Positions 1-15,104 of a stretch of 64,000 nt of DNA are shown here, in pieces (position 1 is the first letter of the stretch; every line of letters starts with the position of its first letter). The notes beneath the pieces are model-generated. The model worked only from the letters and a program-made list of their open reading frames with translations. It made no database searches and was not told the origin of the DNA. This DNA is from Eledone cirrhosa. Its lineage: Eukaryota. The stretch covers positions 332,320,001 through 332,384,000 of the forward strand of contig OZ024740.1 in assembly GCA_964016885.1 (NCBI GenBank). Reading direction: 5' to 3'. The translations under genes were made by a program, and so were the position numbers.

Positions 1-749
1 GTCAATTGCTACGTACGTTGATTTCATTTTCCGTTTTTAGTTTCAGAAATCCTCTCGTTAACATTTACAATATGTTAGCAATTCCTTAGTTAGGAAGGAA
101 GTCAAACACGCTGGCTAATTATGTTCAGTGTAAGATGAATTGAGCAAAATATCGTTGAAGATAAAGAGTGACAAGTTCAATGAACGAAACTAAGTTAAAG
201 AATGATACGAAGCCAAGAAATGAGACATTTTAATAGAAAAGCGAAAATCTGGCAGATAACCAAAATCGACACCAGACTATGGAGTTTTTATATTATGACT
301 TACAAGAAATATACCATGAAATATACCTTCAGTGTGAGGCATACAAATGAGATTTTGGATGGAAACATGACAGAATCTGATGATTTATATTCTGAAGCAT
401 GTTAAATGATACACTAATACCAATCGACATAAATATTACTAACGTTAATCAAATATAACCTAATAGAATGTTATTAACCGATATATCTATATATATATTT
501 ATCACTTCACCTCTCTCTTGGCATTGGAATTATTTTTCTATTCATTTGAATAGGAATAACCTTCGCATACGAATAATGCAATTAAACAATGTAACTCTAG
601 GACAATGCTATAGTTACGAGATAGTCGAGCTGTTTATGAATGATTATTAATTTGTGTAGACGGCAATGAACAAACATATATAGATTTTAAGAAATTCAAA
701 ATAGGATTGCGACTTCAATACAAAATAAACTTTTCTTCAGTGTGCGTTA

Positions 750-811
<62 letters not shown>

Positions 812-870
812 ACACACACAAACACACACACACACACACACACACATACACACACACAGATATTCTCTTT

Positions 871-1088
871 CTAGGGCGGGTAAAATTCCCGAGATCCATG
901 CACGAGTTCTCTCCAGCGGTCCCTAATTATCGCTGCCATGTCCTGCATCACCAACAGACCAGTGTCTCTCCTTAGGGTATCAACATACGTTAACCTTGGT
1001 CTTCATCTTCCAGTGTGTCCATGAACATTAATCAGTATACACTGAGGATGAAAACCTCAGAGCTGTATGGGAGCCTCCCAAAAGTCAA
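871..1088 (-). mobile_element. RTE-clade LINE 3' fragment with 5' inversion
   Basis: 871-1023 matches the 23008-23165 region (minus strand); 1022-1087 is an upstream part of the same ORF (LNINQYTLRMKTSELYGSLPKV) on the plus strand. Confidence 0.85.
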
Positions 1089-1564
1089 CACACCTATATA
1101 TATGTATGTTAATATATTATAGGGTATATTTAATCCTATGTGAGGGCATGAATCAACCAAGAAACAAATATATTTCTTATTTATAGTATAACGACAATCT
1201 TTAGCAATTAACTTTGACAAATAACAAATAATAATGAAAGAATCTTTCTAATTATTGATGAAACCTGAACCAGAATTTACGACTACACTTTGGAAGAGAT
1301 GTGAAAGTGAGACGTGTTTTATAATTTCTGGGGAAAGTAATGATATTTCAAGTTTATAAACAATATGAAATTTATAGTTATCGTTCTCAAAAAATTTAAA
1401 TACAAAATTTGTCAGAACATTCTTCATGACTGTTAATTACTATTTTTTTACTGCTTTCAATCATTGGAATATAGCCAAATTGTGGTCCAGATTTCATTTA
1501 ATATATTTAATTTTATTATAGAATGTACGATATTAATCTCTGTCATAATTATATATATATATAT

Positions 1565-1676
<112 letters not shown>

Positions 1677-2317
1677 ATAGCTCATAGTCGTTCGATTAAA
1701 TATCTTTCAAGGAAATATGATTACATAACTTTAAAAATATGCTAGATATATTAGAAAAATATCTCTTATAATATATCTTTCTTTATAGAATGAGAGAGGA
1801 AAACACTCGATAGTGTACTCCTTGTTACCATATAACTAAACACAGATGGGTTGCAGCTTTGCTTATTTTAAATTTATGATATATGTGCTTATGATTAGTG
1901 TTTAAAGAACAAAATGGTAATTCTATATACACTTGTAGAATAAAGGAAGTCTTGTTTCTTACTTCCAATTTGATAATTCAGATGGATAACGGTATACGCA
2001 TGTCTAATAAAATATAGTTGAACATTATTTTCCTTACACATAATTCTTATAAGTGCCGTCATCAAGTCAAGAATTGTTTGACACTGAATGATTCCTGTAC
2101 ATTTGTCATTCAAATACATTTGTCATTCATTGATGATAATTCTATATATAGGGTATTTTATGTCCTTTAAGTTTCTTTCGGTTTTGAAAGCAATAACTAA
2201 TAAGGGTGATAAATCCTGATTAGTGTTAAATATATCCATTTTTTAAACGAGGAATTGCCTGTAGCAAGGGGAAACGTTTTTTTCTCTCTATCCATTTGTT
2301 TATTGAATATATTTCGA

Positions 2318-2387
2318 GAAAATACTCAACGTAATCTAGCTTAAGATATGCGAAAATACTCAACGTAATCTAGCTTAAGATATGCGA
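2318..2387. repeat. 34-bp tandem duplication
   Basis: gaaaatactcaacgtaatctagcttaagatatgc occurs twice in tandem. Confidence 0.9.
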
Positions 2388-3576
2388 TTAAATATCACAC
2401 AAATTGAACGATTTCTGTCTCATTTTATATTTATATTCTATAGCTGTAATCTTTTACAGAAAATCGTGTATGGATATTGCATTATTAGACATACAATGAC
2501 CTAAACTTGTTTGAGAATGTAATCTGCGATTGATTTGATTATATCACCACTTAAGAAATGATATCTGATTCCATTCGATAAAAATGAGTAAAATTGTAAA
2601 TATTTTTCTGGGAAACTTTCGTTCTCTTTCCGTAGTACAATGCTTGTCTAAAAGAAAGTTCTGCAAATAACACAATTTGATACATAACTATTTCTAATAT
2701 TTGAAATATTGTTTCATGTACTATTATTTCTCACTATATGTATATATAATTTGATTATATTTATTTTTCGTTGTTCCAACACAAACGCAGTAATATGTTC
2801 AATGTTCAATCTTTTAATTGATCTTGTTTCTATAAAGTGGAAATGTCTGAGTAAAGCATATTTTTATGAATTATATTACTAATTGAGATTTTTCCTTTGG
2901 CACTAGAAATAAAGAAATTAACATTTTAGTAGAGAAAAAAATAGTCAAATTTATGAGATCAAACGCAACTGTTACTGACTGAAATTAATATTCTTTGTCT
3001 ACAATCGATTGTAAAGCCTTTCTTTGAATAAATGTCGGTGATATAATAGCCATCTTTAATGAAGTATAGCCATAAGCAATTATGTATAATGATAGTAATG
3101 ATAGTTACTGAAGTCTTCTGACTCCAGTGCCAATCTTCTAGTTGGAAAGTTTCGAAGTCTTCTGTAATCATAGATGGGCTAAATCATTAAGTATACTGCT
3201 GATATAATTGGCAGGGAAAACTGCTGGCGTCGAATGAATTATAATTGTATAGCAGCTGCTGATTATTGAATGCTGTATTAAATATAACACTCAATATCTT
3301 GTAAAATATCCTTTAATTCTAAGAAAGGGCCGGAAGCAAATTTCTATATAATCTGTAGATTGAGCACAAGTATGTAATTAGATAAATGTCACTGTAAATA
3401 AATTTGGTATACTCACACAAGCACATGCACACATATATATTATATAAATATAAAAAATGAGTATCTTACAAAGAGTAATGTGAATTGAAGACAGGTTTTA
3501 AAGTAAAATATGACAAATTTATGTGGCAATATTACAAGACTAGCTATTCTTATTAGGCATTTAATGGTTGCTCCGC

Positions 3577-3698
<122 letters not shown>

Positions 3699-5428
3699 TG
3701 TGTGTGTCTGTGTGTGTGTGTGCGTATGTGTGTGAGTATATGTGTGTGTGTATGGGTGTGTGCGTGTATGTGTGCGAATGTCTGTATATATGTGTGCGCG
3801 CGCGTGTATTTATTGTAGTTGATATTTAATTCGTGCTGATAATACAAATCACCGATTTTTCTTCTAGGACCAAACATTTTCTGCACGATGTTGGAAGTGA
3901 ATTGCCAGAATGCGATTGGAAGTTTTTGTGCTGATTATTCCGACACACGACATTTTGATTTCAAGTCTTACTGAGTTCAACTTTCCAGTTAATCTTTATT
4001 GGGGTCGATGTCATGTGGGTTATATAGCGAAATAGGTCCCAATCTTTGTATAAGGTCTTCAAAAACAACTGCTCCTACTAAATATATGAATGCAATTACG
4101 GTACCTCCGTGTATAAATCATTAGTCAACTCTGACTTGCATGCCAGTGATATATGTTATTTCACTTACTGCGAGAAGATATTTGTCGATGCCGATATTAA
4201 ATGGCTGGCATGGTTGAATAACTTTATACTAAAAGACATCGTGACTTATATTGTCTGTATAACGTAACTGAGACTATTCTTTCCAATGTGACATTTTTAT
4301 AGTCAGAAGGAGAATCAAACGAGGTTTAGCGTCTATTCTACCATACTATTTCATTAGACCGAATAGCAAAGTAGTGCCCTGAAATCTCATGTATCCTTTC
4401 TAAGTTTTAAGTTCATAAATAGCATGCAAATACGAATAAATTTGAAACTAAAAGTAATATTCAATATTCTTGACTAAAATATGATGAAGACAGTTTTTGC
4501 AGATGGATAACTTTTTATCGTAACCAATTTCACTCACATGCGCTTTGGCCAACGGGATTAAAAGGTGCATTGCAGTGGTATCAAACACAAAACCACGAGT
4601 TTTTGAAAAGAAAAAGAAAACAAACAGATTTTTTACGGAGCAACTTTGCGCTCAGGATTATGCTCACTCGTATTTCAATCTGTATTGATATTTGAAGTTC
4701 AGCCTCTCGTGATTTTCACCGAAATTACGGAAATTTACAATAAAAATTCAATGATTACGCGTCGATCTTTCATTACTGATTTGTAGTATTTAGATATAGA
4801 ACAGTCGACCTATCCTTCACTGTCAAATATGATGTCGAACATGAAATGCAAAATTGAAAGGGAAATAATTAAATATTGCAAAATGTGTTCTCTACTGTTC
4901 CTTCAGTCTCATTATAAATCGTCTTTTCCTTCTATGCATTTGTTTTCCTCCATAACCTTTGAAGCTCATTGTTTGGTATTTCATTGAATAATCTTTAACA
5001 TATTTTGAAACATCATAATCAGAATAGTATACATAGACGTTTTATTTTTGTTTGTGTTCGAGCTTATATTTCAATGTTTTGCATTTTCTTTCATGTGAAA
5101 ACATCATTAGTGTGCAACGTTCTTGACGTGTTATATGATCAAAACATAATATTCACATGGCAATCTCAATTCCAATTCAGCAGAAGTTTCAAGTAAATAT
5201 CGAAGTCATTGTACACTTCTAAGATAAATAGGTAAATTAGGGTACTGTTTTGAGTCTTTTCTCGAAATATAATTAATAAACAACTTTGCCTCTTGTAACC
5301 GAAATTTCCTTATTTTAAAATGATATATTTAAATCTAATCAATGTTTTTCATAATAACTAGTTACTGCCTTCAAAATTATAGTAAGTAAAATGATGCACA
5401 CACACACACACGCACACACACACACACA

Positions 5429-5556
<128 letters not shown>

Positions 5557-6274
5557 CAACATTCATAAATACATTCATACAAACACTCATGCATATTTAT
5601 ATTCATATATCAGAAGCTGTACCAACTTAGCTGGCTGCTAATCCTCGCCGGTCACGCTGCACTTGTTGACTATTAAGAATTAGTGGGACACCCTATTAGA
5701 GCCAGCATTTAAGGGGCTGTTAAGCTCTCTTCACTGAACATCAGCTTGAAAAGGATAAGTCCAGCCACTTAAGATGCACCCTTTGTCAGATAACTATGTC
5801 AAGAAAGAGGTTTAAACAGTCACAATTAATTTACACTTTCCTCAATGCATACAAAATAGTCTGGAATCATGTAAGGAAAGCTTCAAAGATTAGAGTACTG
5901 ACCACCTGTAAATCTCTACACTAAAGATAAATCACATGGACTGTCTCGAGAAAGTGCTTGATGCATGTCGTTTAACCAGCGCCGGGCGTCTAATATAGAT
6001 TCCACCACGAAATCTGGTGACATTCTATTAACAGGTCCGCAAGTAACTGTGATTTTGCAAACATGTTTAAGATATTTAAGAAGAACAATGATATAACATT
6101 ACCAAACCAAAAACACACACACACACGGACATACACACACGGACATACACGCACGGACATACACACATACATACACACACACACACATATATGTATGTAT
6201 GTATATATATATATAAAGGCATTTTTCCAATCCCAACCCGCCCGTCCCTTCAATTAATCTTATTTCTCATTCTT

Positions 6275-6310
6275 TCTTCTGATGAAGGACTAGCGTCCGA
6301 AACATTAAGA
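6275..6310 (+). ncRNA. Minimal type I hammerhead ribozyme motif (slightly decayed)
   Basis: CTGATGA(6279)-a-GGAC tagc GTCC-GAAA-CAT-TA; stems I and III weak. A more decayed sibling with similar downstream sequence lies at 19011-19045. Confidence 0.6.
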
Positions 6311-6446
6311 CCCTCTTCCTGCTATATCAAGTGTTAACCTAATATATATATTCCAAATACTGTACCGATTGTGCTGTTATTTCTGTTTACCTTGTACACA
6401 CATACACACACATACACGAACACACACACACACACACACATACACG

Positions 6447-6538
<92 letters not shown>

Positions 6539-6699
6539 AATAAAAGGAATTCCAACTTTGTCTGATTTACTCGTTTTATTTACAATCCTTTAAAATTATA
6601 ATGATATTATAATGAAATAGTATGGTAGAATATTAACTGTTAAATGTTAATTGAACAAGTACTTTCATTCTTTTGCAATCTTCATAAATATACGTTTTT

Positions 6700-6766
<67 letters not shown>

Positions 6767-6773
<7 letters not shown>

Positions 6774-7030
6774 CAAAAGATGGTTATAAGAGTTCCATGT
6801 ATTTTATTATGCGCATTTAAAAAACAAATATCATCATGGGATGATATTTGCGTTCTCATATCATTCCATGATGATATTTGTTTTTGAAATGCGCCTAATA
6901 AAATACATGGAACTCTTTTAACCATCTTTTGATTTTATATTATTTATACTCCAGTCCTTTAAACTGTTGAGTGCTACTTATCAGATATTTGCATTGCTTT
7001 ATTGTGCTACAATAAAACTCACCTCCTACA
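6767..7030 (+). mobile_element. Fold-back mini-PLE (pLTR-like) with half HHR, hairpin and tail, in (TA)n
   Basis: Inverted arms about 6767-6846 / 6859-6940; 3' half of an HHR (GAAA-TGCGC(C/A)-TA-ATAAAATA); TACTC...GAGTGCT hairpin 6947-6975; the tail end recurs inverted at about 24657-24688. Confidence 0.75.
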
Positions 7031-8235
7031 TATATATATATATTTATTTTTATATACATATATATATATATACATATATAGATATATATATGGGTACGTG
7101 TCTGTGCGTGTGTGTGCGTTTGTGTGTGTAGGTATGTATATTCATAGATCAGGGAAATATAATTATAGAGACACAAGCGTTAAATTATCCGACCTGAGGA
7201 TGTATTTTTACGAATGTCAATTTCATCATTGTGAATCAATAGTGGCTAATAAAGTATACAGTAAAAATAATATTTGATGACCCACCCACACAACTTTGCT
7301 ATCCAAGACTGTGTGATTATATATTTACATAAAAGCCCCGAGATATTAAGTGCATCCTTTTATGAAGCCTGTAAAAGTTTAACTGATCTCACACGTAATA
7401 TTTGATTTAATGATAATAAAAGTCCGAATAATTTTCAGTTCTAATTAATTATGAACAGAAAACATCAAAGAATGAAAGCTTTTAATTATAACATATAAGG
7501 AACTTTAAATCAAAATTATATTAAAGGAATAGCACAGCCAGTCAATATAATTTGTCCACTATCAGATATATTTTATTTTCCCAAGTATACGGCATATAGC
7601 ATCATTAACAGACGAGTTATTCATTTTAGTGGGGTTTTCTAAGTTTAATTTCACACACCACTGCGTATGAAGCAAATATCATGATATATGTTCCATATTT
7701 TTATCTCCCTGTCACCTATTCATAAGAAAAGTAATAATAAAACTTCGACATGAAAAATCTTATAGAAACAGAACATTAAAAAAAAAATTGTTTTGTGCCA
7801 TGATTTTAATCCCATAAAATATACTGAACCTATTATGGCAGGATCAATATAATTTTCTGAATATAGAAAACATATATAAAGTCAATCATACACGATGGAA
7901 GAGAATTGCTGTTTTGTCCGATTAAACTTTATACTATAAAAAACAACATTTCTATTGACTCCAACATCTTCAAGAACCCAAATGGCCTATATTGTATCTT
8001 TTGGTATTTTACTTAGTGATTATGATTTTGTTTTTAATCTCTGTCTTTTAACTGGTACAACCATGAAAGCCATTGCCCTTTCTCTAATCATTTTCCTCTT
8101 CTGTTCTAATTATTTGTAATACAGGGCGTGACGGCTTATTTAAAGTCAAACTTATAGAAATAATTTTTAAGTCTATAATATATATATATATATACGATAT
8201 TAAACAAATGGAAACTACATTTATAAAACCATATT

Positions 8236-8302
8236 TATTTCATTATATATATTTTCAGGGATATCATATTAAAAATATGGTATGCCCTCTTCAGACAAAA
8301 TA
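8236..8302 (-). ncRNA. Type I hammerhead ribozyme (inverted-arm copy)
   Basis: Reverse complement of the 10801-10867 motif. Confidence 0.72.
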
Positions 8303-8902
8303 CAATATATAAACAGTTTTATAAATAAATTTGACATACCTTGGAAAATTTACAACTTCCATTTAAAAAGTTGTTATGGTAGTGAGAATGTTAATGACAG
8401 TTAGAAAGAAAGACGGAGAAAAAAGAAAAAAGAAAAAGAAGGAAAAAACGAAAATAAAGAGCGGAAGGTGAAGAAGATGAAGAAATGTATGTAAAGAGAG
8501 ATTTATGAGGGAGGGGGTACTGTAATTATTTATTTATTTATTTATTTAGTGTTAAGGATACGGGGAGAAATAAAACAAAAACAAAAATAAATAAGGAGAG
8601 GTAGATCGAGTAATATCTATTATACGAGGTGGGAGAGATAGTGGAGGGGTGAGATACAGGAGATAGTTAAAATAGCCGATACATACGTCCCGTTAAATGT
8701 AGAGGGAAGAGGAGAGGAGATATACTTAGAAATAAAAATGATAGTTTTAAAATATTATGTTTCATCAGTCTATCAATTCCTATGAATTATAATGTAAATA
8801 TCAATATTCATGAATGAGACACATATCAATAATGTGTGAAAAAATAATGACTATATGTTTAGTTTAAAAGTTCTTAGGTTTACAATCAAAAACTGAGATA
8901 AA

Positions 8903-9424
8903 ATTTTAGCACAAAATATTAATAGAATAAATAATAGGAATCTAAAACCTAGCCAAAATACCGATAATAGCATAAACAATATTCAAGTAAACAACTGTAA
9001 CTGTAGAGATAGATCTAAATGCCCGTTAAATAACAATTGCTTAGTTAAAAATATAATATACAACTGTAATGTTAAAACTGATATAAATTCTTTTAATTAT
9101 GTTGGTTCCACCTCGACAGAATTTAAACTTCGCTATAATAATCACAAGATTTCTTTCACGGATCCAAATAAAAAATCTTCAACATCTCTATCAGGCTTAA
9201 TCTGGCAACTTAAACATGATAACGTTGGATATTCAATGGTTTGGAATATAGTCTCAAGAGGGATTCCTTTTAACTCCTCCTCTGAGACATGTGACCTCTG
9301 CGCGGAGGAGATATTCTTTATACTGAAATCTAAAAATTCCCTTAATTTAGGGACCAATTTATTCAGTTGCTGCAGACATAGATTGAACTCAACTTTTAAA
9401 TATAAATATAAATTTAAAATGTAG
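8903..9424 (+). pseudogene. PLE C-terminal linker plus GIY-YIG endonuclease fragment (open frame, no start codon)
   Basis: NNCNCRDRSKCPLNNNCLVKNIIYNCNV...YVGSTSTEFKLRYNNHKISF...SSTSLSGLIWQLK...CDLCAEE...CRHR*; CxCx5C linker and IIY/YVG motifs. Confidence 0.9.
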
Positions 9425-10537
9425 TATATTTACTTAAGACTTTTAATTATTTTTAATTACTTTTTAATTATTTTTAAAATTATTTTAGAAAACTTGGCGA
9501 TAAATCTTTCGATTCCTTCAATTCTTTAAACCCTCTTCATGGGTATATAATTAATAATGTAATTAAACTACCTTAAAATGGGGATGCTCCCAAATATTTT
9601 AAGCTAGATAAACTTCTATAATAAATATAAGAGCATCTGTAGAACAACCGGGTATCCTAAAGTTTTTTTGAATGATTTCTGCTAAATAAGTTTGGTGAAT
9701 AATTTTGGATTCGTTTGGTTTTGATTCTGATTGCTTCTAATGAACTTGGCAATATATTGTCAAATAAATTGGAAGGATTGATTGATATGCGGGGCACAAT
9801 GTGTTTTTTACGGCCCTAGATATTCTGGGGAGTGAAATATTCTTGGCGTTTTTAACATTTTAGTATTTTAATATATTGATATCTGTTCTATTCTATGCTT
9901 GAACGATAATCATGTATGAGAGGGCAAGAATATTATTATTATTACTAATAATGTATATTTTATGTATATGTATGTATGTTTGTACATATATGTACGGGAG
10001 AATCTATTTTAACGCAATGAAGCTTTTCATGTGAAATAAAAATTTACAGAGCTGTTCACGTGGGCTCACATATGTCTATAATGTCAATTTGAGATAACCT
10101 TCTCTTTTTCTTTCTCTTTTTCTTTTTTCTCTTTTTTCATGAAAATACATATATACTTATGTATTTCAGTATTTTTTTGAAGTTTTATCTCAGATTTTGA
10201 TTGTAAACCTAAGAATTTTTAAACTAAACATATAGTCATTATTTTTTCACACATTATTGATATGTGTCTCATTCATGAATATTGATATTTACATTATAAT
10301 TCATAGGAATTGATAGACTGATGAAACATAATATTTTAAAACTATCATTTTTATTTCTAAGTATATCTCCTCTCCTCTTCCCTCTACATTTAACGGGACG
10401 TATGTATCGGCTATTTTAACTATCTCCTGTATCTCACCCCTCCCCTATCTCTCCCACCTCGTATAATAGATATTACTCGATCTACCTCTCCTTATTTATT
10501 TTTGTTTTTGTTTTATTTCTCCCCGTATCCTTAACAC

Positions 10538-10578
<41 letters not shown>

Positions 10579-10800
10579 ACAGTACCCCCTTCCCTCATAA
10601 ATCTCTCTTTACATACATTTCTTCATCTTCTTCACCTTCCGCTCTTTATTTTCGTTTTTTCCTTCTTTTTCTTTTTTCTTTTTTCTCCGTCTTTCTTTCT
10701 AACTGTCATTAACATTCTCACTACCATAACAACTTTTTAAATGGAAGTTGTAAATTTTCCAAGGTATGTCAAATTTATTTATAAAACTGTTTATATATTG

Positions 10801-10867
10801 TATTTTGTCTGAAGAGGGCATACCATATTTTTAATATGATATCCCTGAAAATATATATAATGAAATA
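10801..10867 (+). ncRNA. Type I hammerhead ribozyme in pLTR
   Basis: Stem I tattttgt/atgaaata, CTGAAGA at 10809, stem II GGG..CATATT ttt AATATG..CCC, GAAA(A), palindromic TATATA stem III, UA site at 10858-10859; one extra A after GAAA. Confidence 0.72.
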
Positions 10868-11057
10868 AATATGGTTTTATAAATGTAGTTTCCATTTGTT
10901 TAATATCGTAAAATACTCCAAAATCTGTTGAGTGCTTTTATATCAGTTGTAAAATATTTACTCGTTGTAACCCAACAATTTTAAATAAATTTGTGCATAT
11001 ATATATTAGAATTTTATTTCTCGCCCTAGCCGAGCTGATACGTATGCATACTTACAA

Positions 11058-11090
<33 letters not shown>

Positions 11091-11223
11091 AATATATAAC
11101 GAGGGAGGTGTGGTATAGAACCAGATGGACCATAACGCACTAGAGTACTCAAACTTAGAAATAGCCGTTGAGACGGCTTGAGCCCTGCCGTCGGGGTCTA
11201 ACATATTCATATATATATATATA

Positions 11224-12507
11224 GGGACTGAAACGTGCAGTTACTGTAGGTTTATCCAGGTGAGGACTTGATGCATAGAATCACGTCTGTAACGAGGTAT
11301 AGAGCTAAACAGAGTGTACATATAATAATAAAAGGACGATTTGTTATGTCTTCATTAGGTTTATTGAGTGGTGACGTGCGTTTCGCTATTTATCAGCTTA
11401 AGGTTTGATCTGTATCGAAATGGCTCGACTCTGGAATCAAAAGCTCGTCGGACATCTGCTGTAGTAATACACGAATGAACATATTAGAGCATGTCTGTAA
11501 CTATTCTTGTTCATATATGGTGGTATATATCACCTCATACACACAAGATACACCGAGTCACACACACATACATTCATAACTATATGTGCCTGTGGATGGA
11601 CATATGGAATTTGTACACCGGTACACGCACAAACGCGAACATATAGTTATAAATGTCTGTGTGTGTGGCTCGGTGTATTTGTGTGTATGCGTGTGTGATG
11701 TGATATATACGTGCATGTATATTTATATATATATATGTGTGGATGTGCGTGCATGTGTGTGTGTACACATGCATATTTATATTCCTTTTTATATTTTTTT
11801 TCACGCAATATGCAATGCACCGGTATCTTGCCTTTAACCACACAGTTATTTTAGCAACTTTTTCACACATTTTTTATAGTCTTTTCAAACACTAACCATA
11901 TCTCTTAATTCCTTATTTCATTACTTCATAGTACAAATATCCCTTTAAGAACATATAAATAGCTTACAACAAAGCCCTACCCTAACCTGGGATAACTTAT
12001 TTCCCTTATGTCTCTCCTCTTTCCTTTTCACTTACCCCTGTGGCAAACCGATGGCTAGCAGGACCCCCTTCACTAGTACAACACCTCACTCTTTCATCTC
12101 CCATCACGCATAGACCTTCCACATCCACACTCACACCCAGAACTTTCGCCTCACTACATACACGCCACAATGTCTATAATAAGCCAAAACACCACATTCA
12201 CGCAACTCATATCAACCATCGCTCGTCATTATGTTCACCCACCACCACCACATCATTATGTTCACCGCCCCCACCAATTGCAGATCACAAAACATTCCTT
12301 ATAGCGAGACCACCAATCAAAACAACATATCTATACTCTATTATGTTCATTTTGCCATTACCACAGCAGAGGTCCGACGAGCTTTTGATTCCAGAGTCGG
12401 GCCAGATCGATACAAATCGAACATTGAGCGGATCAATAGCGAAACCCGCGTCACCACTCAATAAACATAATGAAGACATAACAAATCATCCTTTTATTAT
12501 TATAATA
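11224..12507 (-). mobile_element. Fold-back PLE-derived element with an HHR in each arm
   Basis: Diverged inverted arms about 11320-11492 / 12332-12507; tail 11224-11320 resembles about 27874-27958 in the opposite orientation; (TA)n flanks. Confidence 0.78.
12369..12459 (+). ncRNA. Type I hammerhead with CCGACGA core variant (mirror copy 11366-11456, minus strand)
   Basis: GGT-CCGACGA(12374)-GCTtTTGAT...ATCAAtAGC-GAAA(12441)-CCCGCG-TC-ACC; the mirror arm has CGCACG, so the consensus stem III is the palindrome CGCGCG. Confidence 0.75.
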
Positions 12508-13846
12508 TATATATATATGCCTATATGTATGTGTGTATTTGTATATCTATGCATGTTTGTATGTATGTATACATGGTTGTGTGTGTGTGTGCGTGTGTGT
12601 GTGTGTGCGCGTGCGTGAGAGCGTGTGTGTGTAAGCATGCAAGTATTTCATATTTCACACCACGTATATCTTTCATCGTTTACGCAAATTATACTATTTC
12701 AGTGGCTAAATTTACTGATCTACAGTCTAATTATTTATCGTTTATCATAGGTTGATACTTAAAGTCATGCACTAATTCTTTCTTTTCTTTAAGAATAAAT
12801 ATAGGTCGAGAACATAACATCACTAAATATAATGATACTTTACATGTTATTACGATGAAGCATTTCTCAATATCGTATGTTCAATTATATCCTAATAATT
12901 CAATATTCAGTCTTTGAATACATTATCTGATAATTAGGTTGTGTCTTTATATTTTCCTCTCAGATGTTCATACCGTTTAATATTTATGTTGCTAAAGCAA
13001 GAGTTTTGAAATCTTTTTTTAATTCCCATTGGAAGTCACTCTCAAAATGGCGGTTAGTGACCCAGAATAGAGTAGACTAAAATTATTATTAGATACACAA
13101 GAAACGGGAAAAAAAGAAGAAATCTAGTGAGATACTGCACTTGAAATCAGAAATCAATCAGCAGAAGACTGAAAACCACCTCGATTATACTCATAAGGAA
13201 AGAAGAGTTCTTTAAACCAGAGATTGAAGAAGAGAAAATACAGTGGACTAGAAAACGAGACGAGGGAGAATCATGTGCAGAGTTTAACGGAATAAAGAAA
13301 AAGTAAGAATTTACGCTATAAGGATAAAGAGGAATTGTACCGTTGGTAAAGGAAGGTTTGAAGTTTAGCTGTTAAATCAAGATCAATTATGAAAGAAATA
13401 TTCCTTTCTATTTGATCAAGGAATCACCGAACACAAGTAGATATACCAGCCTCGATGTGAAAACAGTAGACAATATAAAGATGAATAAAAGATTTTTATA
13501 GGTGGAAAAATATTCCAACGGAAATATAACGGAATGCTCAATATTAATAAGCAGACTTCGTAGCGGTTGTTTTAGCAATGGTTCTAATGTAATAATTCCA
13601 AGTAAGATTTTTGCAAAACGTGAAACCTAAACGTAGACAATCAGACGCTTCAAAAAGAACAGTGACGAACATAGAAAGAGGAATTCGTTAAAAAGAGTAA
13701 TGTCATGAATTGCATTCTAAAGTTATCTACATTTTTTTTTTAAACACAAACATTTAAGATTTAAGGAAGATAATACATGAACCTGAATCATACATCATAA
13801 AGAACATCATGTTTTATAAGTAGGCATATATAGATCTATCATTTTT

Positions 13847-14500
<654 letters not shown>

Positions 14501-14547
14501 TACATATATATATATCTATATCTATATCTATATCTATATCTATATCT

Positions 14548-14609
<62 letters not shown>

Positions 14610-14634
14610 GTACATACATACATACACACGCACG

Positions 14635-14708
<74 letters not shown>

Positions 14709-14756
14709 TACACACACACATATATATATATATATTATATATATATATATATACAT

Positions 14757-15015
14757 ATAAAACGATATATATACATATAAAACGGTAAGTTCTTGTTTTG
14801 GGATGTGTCACTATCTGTAAAACAACTTTTGTATTTTATCTGATGAGAGCGTGCCAAAAATGTTGGTACCCTCGAAATATATATAATATAAATATGGTTA
14901 TATAAAGATAGTTTCCATTTATTAATATTATTGATATTATACTCCAAAATACTGTAGAGTGCTTCGAATCTGTTATAAAATTTGTTAAATAAACAACAAA
15001 TTAAATAACTCATTG

Positions 15016-15017
<2 letters not shown>
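14757..15017 (+). mobile_element. Solo pLTR-like mini-element with HHR, hairpin and tail
   Basis: Related to the 3' end of the 8193-10997 pLTR and to 27108-27340; bounded by (TA)n. Confidence 0.8.
14832..14894 (+). ncRNA. Type I hammerhead ribozyme with canonical core
   Basis: tttat-CTGATGA(14840)-GAG c GTGCCAA aaatg TTGGTAC c CTC-GAAA(14874)-TATATATA-TA-ATAAA; all core nucleotides canonical; predicted cleavage after 14887. Confidence 0.9.
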
Positions 15018-15094
<77 letters not shown>

Positions 15095-15104
15095 ATACAC
15101 ACAC

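Larger units (their letters stand above)
8193..10997 (+). mobile_element. 5'-truncated Penelope-like element (Hydra-clade-like) with inverted pLTRs
   Basis: Near-identical inverted repeats of about 715 bp (8193-8906 / 10180-10910) enclose a GIY-YIG ORF fragment and 3' UTR; about 87-nt tail on the right arm only; (TA)n on both flanks. Confidence 0.92.

Noticed and set aside
370-405. CTGATGA at 377 (also 10318 and 45720)
   Set aside because: No stem II plus GAAA/stem III arrangement follows; chance heptamers.
4170-4229. 60-nt candidate minus-strand exon (ttttag|...|gtaagt)
   Set aside because: Stop codon in phase 1, and the other phases show no recognisable glutamate-receptor similarity.
12040-12618. 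192-aa ORF
   Set aside because: Low-complexity H/T/P-rich translation running through a fold-back arm, an HHR and microsatellite; no domain recognised.
13020-13700. Purine-rich stretch resembling a decayed N-terminal part of a Dong/R4 ORF
   Set aside because: Only faint motif resemblance with many stops; cannot be supported without a profile search.
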